DNA of 64,000 nucleotides from Candidatus Latescibacterota bacterium (GCA_965215195.1 CBDCDC010000002.1:2880001-2944000), one strand, 5' to 3'; positions 1 through 9,692 are shown, counted from the stretch's first letter. Notes: generated from the sequence alone by a model not told the origin. Translations and numbers: made by a program.

Positions 1-654
1 GAAGTAGCAGTGCATGGCGCGGCGCGGCAGGTCCTTGCTCTGGTTGCGGGTGCCGCCGTGCCACGTGTGGCTGTTGAACACGGCGACCGTGCCGGCCGGG
101 GCGATGAGCAGCTTTTCGTTGGGGTGGGGTGCCTGCGCGTCTTCCAAAACATTGCGCGGGTGTTGGCCTTTATGCGAGCCGGGCACCAGCCGAGTGCAGC
201 CGTTTTCTTCGCTAAAGTCGTCCAGCAGCCAGATCGAGTTGCAGACGTGAAACTGGCCGTCGTAGGCTGCTCCCCAATCGGCGTGTAGCCCCTGTAACCC
301 CTCGCCGGGCAGGGCGTCGCGGGCGTTGAGCGAGGAGAGCTTGAAAGGGCGGCCGATGACGTGGTGGATGGCGGCCAGCACCTTGGGGTGAGTATAGACG
401 CGGTCAAAGACCGGCCCCTTGTTGCAGAGGTCGGAGAGGCGGCGAGTGCCCTGCTCCTGATGGACTTCGCTACCGGCGTGGACTCCCTCTTGTGCGCACA
501 GCTCCTCAAAGCGGGCGCGCAGTGCCGCGAGCCACTCATCGTCGATAATGCCCGGGAGTACGGTGTAGCCCTTCTCGTCGAGATCGTTTCTGTTCTGCTC
601 GGTCAACAGGTCTGCGCAGACGCCCAAGGCGTCTAGTGCGTGTGCGATATCCAT
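1..654 (-). CDS. Phytanoyl-CoA dioxygenase (PhyH)-family Fe(II)/2OG dioxygenase, 3' end cut by window edge
   Basis: Translated by hand (absent from ORF track): MDIAHALDALGV...DEKGYTVL...GLHADW...SIWLLDDFSEENGCTRLVPGSH...VFNSHTWHGG; HxD...H triad; ATG overlaps the stop of the upstream gene (TAATG). Confidence 0.88.
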   Translation of the reverse strand, partial: MDIAHALDALGVCADLLTEQNRNDLDEKGYTVLPGIIDDEWLAALRARFEELCAQEGVHAGSEVHQEQGTRRLSDLCNKGPVFDRVYTHPKVLAAIHHVIGRPFKLSSLNARDALPGEGLQGLHADWGAAYDGQFHVCNSIWLLDDFSEENGCTRLVPGSHKGQHPRNVLEDAQAPHPNEKLLIAPAGTVAVFNSHTWHGGTRNQSKDLPRRAMHCYF

Positions 655-1493
655 TATACTCCCCTACTCCTTTCCGTTTCGACGAGTGCCTTGAGCGGCA
701 CGTCCGCATCCTGCGGCAAGTAGTAGCTCAAGGGATCGCCGACGACGCCAATGAGCTGTTTTTGGATCGGATTGCAGCGGGCGACGAGTTCGTCGGGCAT
801 GGCGATATAGTCCATGGGTTTGACCCAGCGATAACCATAGCCAAAGAACGCGGTCTTGCGCGGGAAGCCGGCCCAGTTGTGGCCGATGGAGTGATAGGTG
901 CGCTGCTCGAACAGGAAGGCCGAGCCAGCGCGGATATTCATCGCCTGTGCGCCGTATGGCAGCCCGGTCGCGGGGTCCGTAGCCGGGCGTCCGAGCAGGC
1001 GGTTGGACCCAGGCACGATCCAAGTGGCCCCCGAGGCCGGGGCGGTCTGGTCGCTGAGGGCATAGGCGATCTTGAGCAAAATCCGCGGGTGCGGCTCGCT
1101 CATCTCGCGGGGCGAGGTGCCGCCATCGCGGTGCCAGCCGAGTTTGTTTTTCGCCTCTTCAGCCGGCTCGTCGCCCGAAGGCAAGACGATCAAGTGCGAG
1201 GTCAGCATCTGGATATTCCAGCCGAGTATCTGCCAAGCTAGGGGAACCGTGGTGGGCCAGTCGAGGAGCTGGAGAAAGGCGGGGTGCTCAACGATGCAGT
1301 TGCGCATGTTGAGCTTGCCGCCCTTTTCGAGCCGGCCAGCGTCGGCATCGCACACATAGAGCGCGTCGGTGGCCGCGTTGAGTTCGGCGAGCGCGTCGGG
1401 CGACAGAGCGTCTTCGACGAGGAGATAGCCCTGCTGTTCAAAAAATGCCTGATCTTCAGGGGTGAGGACGGCTTGGGCGAGGGGCTGGGTCAT
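654..1493 (-). CDS. PhyH-family dioxygenase
   Basis: FFEQQGYLLVEDAL, WHRD, GATWIVPGS, RTYHS motifs; likely start MTQPL at 1493 (ORF extends to 1514). Confidence 0.88.
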   Translation of the reverse strand: MTQPLAQAVLTPEDQAFFEQQGYLLVEDALSPDALAELNAATDALYVCDADAGRLEKGGKLNMRNCIVEHPAFLQLLDWPTTVPLAWQILGWNIQMLTSHLIVLPSGDEPAEEAKNKLGWHRDGGTSPREMSEPHPRILLKIAYALSDQTAPASGATWIVPGSNRLLGRPATDPATGLPYGAQAMNIRAGSAFLFEQRTYHSIGHNWAGFPRKTAFFGYGYRWVKPMDYIAMPDELVARCNPIQKQLIGVVGDPLSYYLPQDADVPLKALVETERSRGV

Positions 1494-1636
1494 GGTTACA
1501 AAATTAAAGGACATTTTTCGTTTGACAATAGTTCACGCCCGGCCAAAGTCGAATAGCGTAAGCCAAGATGAAGGAGCCTCTTGAACTGTGCGTTATATAG
1601 ATTATTTTACAAAAAAGAGATAAAAAGGAGATATAT

Positions 1637-1918
1637 ATGGACTATCTTGCCGTAAAAGACCTCAAAAAGACTAGGGAACTCTGGAAAAAACTGGCCAGCG
1701 AGCGAGAGTTGGTCATTACTAAGGATGGCAAACCCTCGGCCTTGATGATCAGCGTCTCCCCAGAGACCTTAGAAGAGTCGTTGCGCGAGATTCGTCGGAC
1801 GCTCTTTTCGGCTGCCGTGCGCCGGGTGCGGAAGCGGGCCGAAACCGAGGGGATGCCCAGCGATGCAGCTATTGCAGCAGAGATTGCCCAAAGCAGGAAG
1901 GAACGCGGCCTTTCGTGA
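1637..1918 (+). CDS. Phd/YefM-family antitoxin
   Basis: 93 aa, MDYLAVKDLK...ELVITKDGKPSALMISV Phd-like N-terminus; AAGGAG RBS; 4-nt overlap with a PIN gene. Confidence 0.85.
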   Translation: MDYLAVKDLKKTRELWKKLASERELVITKDGKPSALMISVSPETLEESLREIRRTLFSAAVRRVRKRAETEGMPSDAAIAAEIAQSRKERGLS

Positions 1919-2331
1919 AGGCGGTCGTTGACACCAACGTTCTGGTATCCGGGCTGATCAATCCCGGCAGCTACCCCGGGCGAATCATTGATTTGTTGCG
2001 GGTGGATGCATTGCAGATAGTGGCGGACGACCGCATCTTGGCCGAATACCACGACGTTTTGCGTCGCGTCGCTTTCCGTGCGTACTTCTCCGAGCAAGAT
2101 CGGGAAGACATATTGGAGTACCTCGACAACAACGCTCTACATATCGCCAGTCGCTTCGTCGTACGCTGCCTGCCGGATTCGGGTGATGCGCCGTTTTTGG
2201 AAGTGGCCCTATCGGAGGTGCCCTTGGTGACGGGCAATGCGAAGCACTATCCTTTAGAAAAGCGGCGCGATTGCCAAGTGCTCAGTCCGAAAGAATTCCT
2301 GCATATGCACTTTTCGCCTCCATCGGCATGA
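1915..2331 (+). CDS. PIN-domain toxin (VapC-like)
   Basis: VVDTNVLVS, ILAEY, PDSGDAPFLEVA, LVTGNAKHY acidic PIN motifs. Confidence 0.88.
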   Translation: MKAVVDTNVLVSGLINPGSYPGRIIDLLRVDALQIVADDRILAEYHDVLRRVAFRAYFSEQDREDILEYLDNNALHIASRFVVRCLPDSGDAPFLEVALSEVPLVTGNAKHYPLEKRRDCQVLSPKEFLHMHFSPPSA

Positions 2332-2375
2332 GGCGCGTGGAATTGAAAGATCAAACGATTCTTGGAATACTCCCC

Positions 2376-3590
2376 ATGCCCGCACTCGACGGCATCCGCG
2401 TCCTCGACTTTACCCAAGTAATTTTCGGCCCAGCCGCCACCCAAGTTTTGGCCGATCACGGCGCCGAAGTCATCAAAATTGAGCGCCCCGGCGGCGATCT
2501 AGCTCGCGCCTTTGGGCCGTGGATAAAGGAACAAAGCCTGCCTTTTGCCAGCTTCAACCGCTCCAAGAAAAGCCTAATCGTCGATCTCAAGAAATCCGCC
2601 GGGCGTCAGATCGTCCATCGCCTGCTAGACAACGCGGACGTCCTGGTACACAATTTCCGCTCGGCTGCCGTCATGGCCAAGTTGGGGCTGGATTACGCTG
2701 CGCTGCAGGAGGAGTACCCGAAGCTCATCTACGCCGTTGGCTCGGGCTATGGCTCGCAAGGCCCGTACAGCGAGCGCAACAAGGGCGGCCACGAGTCCAT
2801 GGCCCAAGCCCTGAGCGGCGTGGCGGCCCGCTTCGTCGGTCCGCACGGTACGCCCCAGCGCCTGCCCTATACGGTCGCCGACTTCAACGGCGGCATGCTG
2901 CTGGCGCAGGGCATTCTCCTCGCGCTCTTGGCCCGCGAGCGCACCGGCAGCGGGCAATACGTGGAGACCTCGCTCCTCGACGGCATGGTCAGTATGCAGG
3001 CTTGGGCGACGACCAAAATTCTCAACTTGGGCGACGACGGGGAAGACGATGGCTCTGGGGGTGCAACTCATCCGCGCGGCAACCCGCTCGACGGAGCCGT
3101 GTTTGAGACGGCCGATGGCTTCTTGATGGTCACCGCGCTTTTCCGCCCCTTTGACCAACTATTGCGCGATTTGCAGGAGGCCCTAGCCATCGAAGGGCTC
3201 GTCGGGGATCCGCGCTTTGCCACGCTCGCCGCGGCCGTGGATCACCGCGAGGCCCTGCGGGAACGGCTGGCACCGGTCTTTGCCGAGAAAACGAGTGCCG
3301 AGTGGATTCCGCTGCTGGAGGCCAAGGACATCCTCGTGGCACCGGTGCGCTCGACAGCCGAGGCCCTAGCAGACCCTCAGCTCGCGGTCAACGAGATGCT
3401 AGTCGAAGTCCAGCATCCGCAAGTGGGTGCTATGCGCCACGTCGGTACGCCCCTGCGGCTAGCCGGGACGCCGGCCCCAGCACCGGCACCCGCTCCCTTA
3501 GCCGGGGAACACACCGCGGCTGTGCTGCGCGAGGCCGGGTACGCGGAGGCCGAGATCGCCGCGTTGCGCGCCCAAGGCGTCATTCTCTGA
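2376..3590 (+). CDS. Family III CoA-transferase (CaiB/BaiF)
   Basis: LDGIRVLDFTQVIFGP...LADHGAEVIKIERPGGD...NRSKKS; VADFNGG; APLAGEHT. Confidence 0.93.
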   Translation: MPALDGIRVLDFTQVIFGPAATQVLADHGAEVIKIERPGGDLARAFGPWIKEQSLPFASFNRSKKSLIVDLKKSAGRQIVHRLLDNADVLVHNFRSAAVMAKLGLDYAALQEEYPKLIYAVGSGYGSQGPYSERNKGGHESMAQALSGVAARFVGPHGTPQRLPYTVADFNGGMLLAQGILLALLARERTGSGQYVETSLLDGMVSMQAWATTKILNLGDDGEDDGSGGATHPRGNPLDGAVFETADGFLMVTALFRPFDQLLRDLQEALAIEGLVGDPRFATLAAAVDHREALRERLAPVFAEKTSAEWIPLLEAKDILVAPVRSTAEALADPQLAVNEMLVEVQHPQVGAMRHVGTPLRLAGTPAPAPAPAPLAGEHTAAVLREAGYAEAEIAALRAQGVIL

Positions 3591-3606
3591 TTGTACAGGA
3601 GCCCCC

Positions 3607-4590
3607 ATGACCGACATCGTGCGCTATGGAGTATTGAGTACCGCCCAGATCGCTCTCAACCGCCACCTGCCGGCCGCGCAGGCCGTGGGCAACGCCGAGA
3701 TCGCGGCCATCTCGAGCCGGGACCAAGCCAAGGCCGCAGCAAGCGCGGCCCAAGGCGACATTGCCAAGGCGTACGGCTCGTACCAAGCCGTGCTGGACGA
3801 TCCCGAAATCGACGCGATCATCAACCCCTTGCCCAATAGCATGCACTGCGAGTGGACGGTCAGGGCGGCGCAGGCCGGCAAGCACATCCTCTGCGAAAAA
3901 CCGCTCGCCGTCACTGTGGCGCAAGCGCGGCAGATGATCGACGCCGCCCAAGCCAACGGGGTGCTTTTAGTCGAGGCTTTTACCCACCGCCTCAACCCGC
4001 AATTGCAGTGTGCGCGCCGGCTGGTTCAACAGGGCGAGATCGGGGAGGTGAAACTAGCGCGGGCCGAGCTGACCTTCGGCATCCGCGATTGGGCCACCGA
4101 CGTCCGGGCTCAAAGCGAATTGGGCGGGGGTGCGCTCTTGGACGCCGGGTGCTACTGCGTCAGCGCAGTGCGCTTTGTGCTCAATGCCGAGCCAGTCGCC
4201 GCGCAGGCGTTTCAGCATGTGCGCAACGGAGTGGATGCGACCTTGGCCGGGCTGTTGCGCTTCCCCGGCGATCACGTCGCCTATATCGCGGCCGGCATGG
4301 AGGAGCCGTTCCGCTGCGTGTTGGAGGTCGTCGGCAGCCACGGCGCGATCCGCGTCCCCAACATGTTCGACGAGCAGGCCGCGGTCCACATCGCCATTGG
4401 CAACGACGAGCGCGTGGAGACCTTCTCCGGGCCGGATCGCTTTCAGGTGCAGCTAGAGCGCTTTTCTAGCTGCATTCTCCAAGGCAAGGCCCCCGAATTT
4501 CCCCCCACAGACGGCCTCAAGAACGTGGCCGCGCTACAGGCGCTAAAGCAGGCCGCCGAATCGGGGAGCCTAGTCGAAGTGCCGTCTTGA
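3607..4590 (+). CDS. Gfo/Idh/MocA oxidoreductase
   Basis: YGVLSTAQIA, PLPNSMH, HILCEKP, GGALLDAGCY. Confidence 0.92.
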   Translation: MTDIVRYGVLSTAQIALNRHLPAAQAVGNAEIAAISSRDQAKAAASAAQGDIAKAYGSYQAVLDDPEIDAIINPLPNSMHCEWTVRAAQAGKHILCEKPLAVTVAQARQMIDAAQANGVLLVEAFTHRLNPQLQCARRLVQQGEIGEVKLARAELTFGIRDWATDVRAQSELGGGALLDAGCYCVSAVRFVLNAEPVAAQAFQHVRNGVDATLAGLLRFPGDHVAYIAAGMEEPFRCVLEVVGSHGAIRVPNMFDEQAAVHIAIGNDERVETFSGPDRFQVQLERFSSCILQGKAPEFPPTDGLKNVAALQALKQAAESGSLVEVPS

Positions 4591-4593
4591 GCC

Positions 4594-5388
4594 ATGGCCC
4601 GCTACGAGTTCATTCGCTACGAGCAGCGCGACCACGTCGCCACGGTCACCCTCAATCGCCCCGAGGTTCTCAACGCCATACATCCGCCCATGGCCGAGGA
4701 ACTGGCCGACGCTTGGGAGCGAATCCGCGACGATGCCAGCGTCTGGATTGGGGTTGTGACCGGCAGCGGCGCACGGGCGTTCTGCGCTGGCGCCGATCTG
4801 AAGTGGCGGGCGGCAGCAGGCGAGGCCGCGCGCAGCCACAACCGCGCCGAGGCCAGCGGGGCTGCGCGGGGTTTCCAGCGGGGCCGCGACTGCTACAAGC
4901 CGCTTTTGGCCGTGGTCAATGGCTATGCGGTGGGCGGCGGGTTGGAGCTGGTCTTAGGGTGCGATTTGGTGGTGGCGGCCGAACACGCGCAATTGGGGTT
5001 GCCCGAGGCGCGGCGCGGGTTACTGGCCGACGCCGGGGGCATCCACAAGCTGGTGCGGCGGCTGCCGTGGAGCGCGGCCATGCAGCTCGTACTGACCGGC
5101 GAACTCATATCGGCGGAGGAAGCGCGGCGGATTGGGTTGGTCAACCAAGTGGTGCCAGCCGAGGGCCTGCAAGCGGCCACAGAGCAGTGGGTGGAGGCGA
5201 TTTTGGCGTGTGCGCCCTTGGCCTTGCAGGCCGGGAAAGAGGCGGCCGTGCGGGGATTGGACCTGCCCTTGTGGGAGGCGGTCAACACGCGCTTTGCGCT
5301 GGCCGAGCGCGTGTATGAGTCGGACGACTTTGTCGAAGGACCGAAGGCATTCACCGAGAAGCGGCAGCCGGTGTGGAAGGGAAAGTAG
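4594..5388 (+). CDS. Enoyl-CoA hydratase/crotonase (CaiD-like)
   Basis: TLNRPEVLNA, AFCAGADL, VNGYAVGGGLEL, GLPEA, EGPKAFTEKRQPVWKG. Confidence 0.93.
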   Translation: MARYEFIRYEQRDHVATVTLNRPEVLNAIHPPMAEELADAWERIRDDASVWIGVVTGSGARAFCAGADLKWRAAAGEAARSHNRAEASGAARGFQRGRDCYKPLLAVVNGYAVGGGLELVLGCDLVVAAEHAQLGLPEARRGLLADAGGIHKLVRRLPWSAAMQLVLTGELISAEEARRIGLVNQVVPAEGLQAATEQWVEAILACAPLALQAGKEAAVRGLDLPLWEAVNTRFALAERVYESDDFVEGPKAFTEKRQPVWKGK

Positions 5389-5429
5389 GGAAGGCACCGC
5401 GCAAACTTCAACGAAGAGAAAGCACTGCT

Positions 5430-6311
5430 ATGGAAAAATTTGCCCCCTTGAACATGTCCCCAGAAGAGCTAATCGAGTACACCCCAGAGTGGGAAGGCGG
5501 GCGCTTTGCCGACGGCCGTCCCAAGGTCCCCGACGACATCCTCGCGCGCATGCACAACGTCAGCATTACCCAAGCCTGGGGCGTCTTGCGCGGCCCCGGG
5601 TACAACTGGCAGTACGAAGATGGCTGGATTTGTACGCATCCCGGCCAAGTGCTGGTGGGCCGCGCCCTGACGGCCGCGTACCTGCCGCGGCGGCCCGTCA
5701 TGCGTCGGGTCATGGAAGCAAAAGGGAAGCGGGCCGGCTGCATTGGCGACCAGATCTCGTGGCCCATTGACATGCTGGTGCGCGGGGATGTGTACGTGGC
5801 CGACGTATTCGGCAAAATCGATCAAGGCGCCGTCATTGGCGACAACCTCGCCACTGCCATCTACGCCAATTCGGGCAACGGGGTGGTTCACGACGCGGCC
5901 GTCCGCGATATCGACGGCATCCAAGCCTTGCCCGATTTTACCAGTTTCGTGCGCGGCTTTCACCCCACCTTTGCCTCGCCCACCATCATGCTGGCTGGCG
6001 TCAACTGCCCGGTGCGGATCGGCGGGGCCACGGTCATGCCCGGCGACGTAGTGCTCGGCCGCGACGATGGCGTGGTCTTCATACCGCCTCACCTAGCCGA
6101 ACAGGTGGTCAAAACCTCCGAACTGATCTCGCTCCGCGACCGCTTTGGCAAGCAGTGCCTCGCCGAGGGCAAATACGCGCCCGGCCAAATCGATACCCGC
6201 TGGTCCGACCCCATTGAGGCGGACTTCTCGCGCTGGCTAGAAAGTCACATCGACGAACTGCCCGTGCCGCGTGCCGCCATCCAAGAGTTGCTCAAGGAGC
6301 GGACTTGGTGA
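5430..6311 (+). CDS. RraA/HMG-aldolase family protein
   Basis: LVGRALTA, IGDNLATAI, AVRDIDGI, IGGATVMPGDVVLGRDDGVVFIP. Confidence 0.85.
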   Translation: MEKFAPLNMSPEELIEYTPEWEGGRFADGRPKVPDDILARMHNVSITQAWGVLRGPGYNWQYEDGWICTHPGQVLVGRALTAAYLPRRPVMRRVMEAKGKRAGCIGDQISWPIDMLVRGDVYVADVFGKIDQGAVIGDNLATAIYANSGNGVVHDAAVRDIDGIQALPDFTSFVRGFHPTFASPTIMLAGVNCPVRIGGATVMPGDVVLGRDDGVVFIPPHLAEQVVKTSELISLRDRFGKQCLAEGKYAPGQIDTRWSDPIEADFSRWLESHIDELPVPRAAIQELLKERTW

Positions 6312-7068
6312 GCTCGGGCGATGGCTCGACCCGTTTCCCTGCCTTGAGAAAAGGCTCGGCATTTCCCCAGAGTTTGCTGCCGTCGGCCGAGGTCAGGGGC
6401 TCGCAAGAGTACTGGGCCAAGTACACGCGGCGCATCTGATTGGTGGTGTTGGTGCCGCTGGAGTGGAAGTTGTAGCTGGTGAAGACGGCAATGCTGCCGG
6501 CCGGGGCCACGACCGAGATGCCGGGGTCGCTGCCGAAGTAGCCGATCAAGTCGTTGCTCCCCTCCTCGCGGACGTGCTTGACCCAAGTGCGAATGCCCGA
6601 GCGCGAAAAAGGCAGCAAGTGGACGGTGCCATTGGCCTCGGACATGTCGTCGAGGGCACACCAACAGGTTAGATACGGCTTGTGATCCGGGTAGCCGACG
6701 TAGCCCGAGTCTTGGTGCCAAGAGAATTTCATGCCAGCCTCGGCACCTTTAACCACGTATTGTTCCCAAAACAAGTAGGCGTCGTCGCCTAGGGTAGCTT
6801 GGCAGATTGCGGCCATTAGGGGGCTGAAGAGAAACTCGCGCAGGCGCGGCTGCTCGCGGAAGCAGTTGGATACAAAGTAGCGGCTGTTGCGGTGATTGAG
6901 GCCCAAGGTATCCGTGCCCTCGGCGTCCATCCGGGCGTTGGCTTTGTCGATGAAGGCTTGGCACTCGCCGCGCAGGAGCTCGAGGTGGTGGGCGGGGATG
7001 GCGCTTTCGAGGACGAAATAACCCTCTTCTTTGAATTGCTGCCTTTGGGCGTCGGTGATCTGGCGCAT
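6292..7068 (-). CDS. PhyH-family dioxygenase
   Basis: QFKEEGYFVL, FSWHQDSGY, WCALDDMSEANG, FHSSGTN...RRVYLAQY. Confidence 0.9.
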   Translation of the reverse strand: MRQITDAQRQQFKEEGYFVLESAIPAHHLELLRGECQAFIDKANARMDAEGTDTLGLNHRNSRYFVSNCFREQPRLREFLFSPLMAAICQATLGDDAYLFWEQYVVKGAEAGMKFSWHQDSGYVGYPDHKPYLTCWCALDDMSEANGTVHLLPFSRSGIRTWVKHVREEGSNDLIGYFGSDPGISVVAPAGSIAVFTSYNFHSSGTNTTNQMRRVYLAQYSCEPLTSADGSKLWGNAEPFLKAGKRVEPSPELTKSAP

Positions 7069-7307
7069 GGATCGCTCCCGGTTGATTGCAATTTAATGTA
7101 AGCTGCGGCGATATACTGGGCAGAACCCACGAGGTGTGCAAGCCTTGCACACGCGCAAAACGATCCCGCACGTCCAACTGTCGCCGCATTCCCGACATAC
7201 CGTGCGGGCCGGTGCCCTTCCGTCCCTCCCACAATAGATTCATCTGGTGGGGGTTGAGGGGGTATGGGGCTTGATTTTGGGAGAGCTTTTTTTCAATTTG
7301 GGCCGCG

Positions 7308-7391
7308 TACGGCCCGAACTCGCCGCTGCACTTGGCGGCGTGGAATTCGGAGGCCGCGGCGGTGTTGCGCCGCTACGGTGGCCGAAAGTGA
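7308..7391 (+). pseudogene. Orphan 3' end of an ankyrin-repeat gene
   Basis: Reads YGPNSPLHLAAWNSEAAAVLRRYGGRK*; SPLHLAA matches the ankyrin TPLHxAA consensus; no start or body upstream. Confidence 0.5.
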
Positions 7392-8143
7392 AATACCCTG
7401 TTTGTTGAAAGGATCGGAGATACGATGACCGACGAACAACACCCCCTTCACGCCTTGCCCCAAGGCCATCGGCTGCAAGAATACGAACTGGTGCGCGTGT
7501 TGGGCATGGGCGGCTTCGGCATGACCTATCTGGGCTTTGACCACAACTTGGACAAGGCCGTCGCCCTCAAGGAATACCTGCCGTCGGATATTGCCACCCG
7601 CACGGCCGATGGCAGCGTCGCTCCGCAAGCCAGCACCTTTCGCGGCGATTTCCAATGGGGCTTGGAGCGGTTTTTGGACGAAGCACGCACGTTGGCGCGG
7701 TTTGATCATCGCCACATCATTAAAGTGCATCGTTTCTTTGAGGCGCATGGTACGGCGTATATCGTAATGGAGTATGCCGAAGGCGAGACCTTATCGGCGC
7801 ATCTGGAGCGCAAGGGGCCGCTGACGGAAGCCGAACTCAAGACGATTCTGTATCCGCTTCTGGACGGTTTGGAAGTGGTGCATCAAGCGGCTTTTCTGCA
7901 TCGGGACATCAAGCCGGGCAACATTGTCCTGCGGGCTGAGGACGCTTCGCCGGTGTTGCTGGACTTTGGTGCGGCGCGTCAGGCGATAGGAGCCAAGAGT
8001 CGTTCGGTGACGTCTATCGTGACGCCGGGGTATGCGCCGATAGAGCAGTATTCGAGTCGGGGTCGTCAAGGGGCTTGGTCGGATATTTATGCGTTGGGGG
8101 GCGTGTGCTATCGGGCGTTGACTGGGGACGTGCCGGCGGACGC
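7364..8143 (+). repeat. Copy 1 of a ~780 bp direct repeat (upstream region plus kinase domain); copy 2 at ~19523-20302
   Basis: gttgcgccgctacggtggccgaaagtgaaata...ggatcggagatacgATG and the kinase coding sequence recur with constant offset 12159. Confidence 0.92.
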
Positions 8144-9692
8144 GACGGATCGGATGCGGCATGATCCGCTGGTTCCGGTGTCTGAGCGGTGTGCGGGTCG
8201 GGCGAGTGGTGCATTTTTGTCAGCGATTGATGCGGCATTGGCAGTAGATGAGGGGGATCGTCCGCAGAGTGTGGGGGCGTGGCGGGCGGCGTTGGAAGGG
8301 GCTAGTTCGGCCTCGGCCCCAGCGCGTGGCCAAGCAGAAGGGGAGAGTCGTAGGATACCGGAGCCAGTGGCTCGGGCGGGGCAAGCTGAGGAAGTGGTGG
8401 ATGCTGTGGCGGCAGCAGAGAAGGATGCGGGGGATGAGGCGACAATTGTGGAGCGGGTGGAGCCGGCCGCGCCGCCGTCGGAGCGGCAGCAGAAGCCCAG
8501 CTTCAAGCGGCTTGCCGTAGTCTTGGGCGTGGTTGCTGCTCTGTTGGTTGGGGGCAAACTGTATGTTGATCATGCCGAACAGGTAGCGTTGGAGAAGGAG
8601 CGTCGGGCGGAACAAGCTGCCGAAGCGGCCAGACTTGCGGCTGAGCAAGCCGAGAAGGAGCGTCGGGCGGAACAAGCTGCCGAAGCGGCCAGACTTGCGG
8701 CTGAGCAAGCCGAGAAGGAGCGTCGGGCGGAACAAGCTGCCGAAGCGGCCAGACTTGCGGCTGAGCAAGCCGAGAAGGAGCGTCGGGCGGAACAAGCTGC
8801 CGAAGCGGCCAGACTTGCGGCTGAGCAAGCCGAGAAGGAGCGTCGGGCGGAACAAGCTGCCGAAGCGGCCAGACTTGCGGCTGAGCAAGCCGAACAGCAG
8901 GCGGCGTTAGAGAAACAGCGTCGGGAGCAGGCGGCGTTGGAAGCAGAGCGCAAGGCGGGCCAGGTGGCTTCGCTTCCGGGGGGTGCGGAGATGGCGTTTG
9001 TTTGGATCGCGCCGGGAGTGTTTCAGATGGGTTCGCCTTCCTCGGAGGCGGGTCGTGGTTCAGATGAAGGGCCGGTGCATGAGGTGGAGATCAGTCGGGG
9101 GTTTTGGTTGGGTAAATATGAGGTGACGCAAGCGCAGTGGGCGGCCGTGATGGGGGCGCGGCCGTGGTCTGGGAAGGATTATGTTCAGTCGAATCCATCT
9201 CATCCGGCGGTGTATATTTCTTGGAATGATGTACATGAATTTATTGGTCGTTTGAATGACGCGGCGGGTGAGGAGTTGTATCGGTTGCCGAGTGAAGCGG
9301 AGTGGGAGTATGCGTGTCGAGCGGGTACGCAGACTCGTTGGTCATTTGGGGATGCCGAGCACCAACTGACGCATTATGCATGGTACAGGGATAATGCTTG
9401 GGGTATGGGTGAGAGGTATGCTCATGCGGTAGGGACGAAGCGTGCGAATGGTTGGGGATTGTATGATATGCACGGGAATGTTTGGGAGTGGGTGCAGGAC
9501 TGGTATGGAAAGAAGTATTATAATAGCTCACCTCGGGTTGACCCCCCGGGGCCTACATCCGGCTCTAATCGCGTCCTCCGGGGCGGCGGCTTCTTCAATA
9601 TCGCCCGGCGCGTGCGGTCGGCGCATCGCAGCAACGCCTCGCCCGACCCCCGCCACTACGGCATTGGCGTGCGCCTTTTAAGGATTCGTTAA
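7425..9692 (+). CDS. Membrane Ser/Thr kinase with coiled-coil repeats and a C-terminal FGE-sulfatase (SUMF1/CLec-fold) domain
   Basis: GMGGFG, VALKE, HRDIKPGN, DFG, TPGYAPIEQ; TM LAVVLGVVAALLVGG; FQMGS...EGPVHEV...KYEVTQAQW...RLPSEAEWEYACRAG...NGWGLYDMHGNVWEWVQDWY...RVLRGG...IGVRL. Confidence 0.95.
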   Translation: MTDEQHPLHALPQGHRLQEYELVRVLGMGGFGMTYLGFDHNLDKAVALKEYLPSDIATRTADGSVAPQASTFRGDFQWGLERFLDEARTLARFDHRHIIKVHRFFEAHGTAYIVMEYAEGETLSAHLERKGPLTEAELKTILYPLLDGLEVVHQAAFLHRDIKPGNIVLRAEDASPVLLDFGAARQAIGAKSRSVTSIVTPGYAPIEQYSSRGRQGAWSDIYALGGVCYRALTGDVPADATDRMRHDPLVPVSERCAGRASGAFLSAIDAALAVDEGDRPQSVGAWRAALEGASSASAPARGQAEGESRRIPEPVARAGQAEEVVDAVAAAEKDAGDEATIVERVEPAAPPSERQQKPSFKRLAVVLGVVAALLVGGKLYVDHAEQVALEKERRAEQAAEAARLAAEQAEKERRAEQAAEAARLAAEQAEKERRAEQAAEAARLAAEQAEKERRAEQAAEAARLAAEQAEKERRAEQAAEAARLAAEQAEQQAALEKQRREQAALEAERKAGQVASLPGGAEMAFVWIAPGVFQMGSPSSEAGRGSDEGPVHEVEISRGFWLGKYEVTQAQWAAVMGARPWSGKDYVQSNPSHPAVYISWNDVHEFIGRLNDAAGEELYRLPSEAEWEYACRAGTQTRWSFGDAEHQLTHYAWYRDNAWGMGERYAHAVGTKRANGWGLYDMHGNVWEWVQDWYGKKYYNSSPRVDPPGPTSGSNRVLRGGGFFNIARRVRSAHRSNASPDPRHYGIGVRLLRIR
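8592..8891 (+). repeat. Perfect in-frame tandem repeat, 5 x 60 bp (EKERRAEQAAEAARLAAEQA)
   Basis: gagaaggagcgtcgggcggaacaagctgccgaagcggccagacttgcggctgagcaagcc repeated identically five times. Confidence 0.97.
9559..9692 (+). other. Putative DGR variable region (VR) at the 3' end of the kinase-CLec gene
   Basis: Codons at the variable positions of the RVxRGGxFxxxAxxVRSAxRxxxSPxxRxxxIG motif end in C/T (ggc ttc aat atc cgc cat agc aac gcc gac ccc cac tac ggc), as expected from AAC/AAT templates; abrupt switch from G/T-rich to C-rich sequence near 9541; no TR or RT in window. Confidence 0.7.

Noticed and set aside
8592-8891. Regular 60-bp repeats as a CRISPR array
   Set aside because: No spacers; head-to-tail, in frame inside a CDS
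8220-8953. Repetitive alternative-frame and antisense ORFs
   Set aside because: By-products of the stop-free 60-bp repeat
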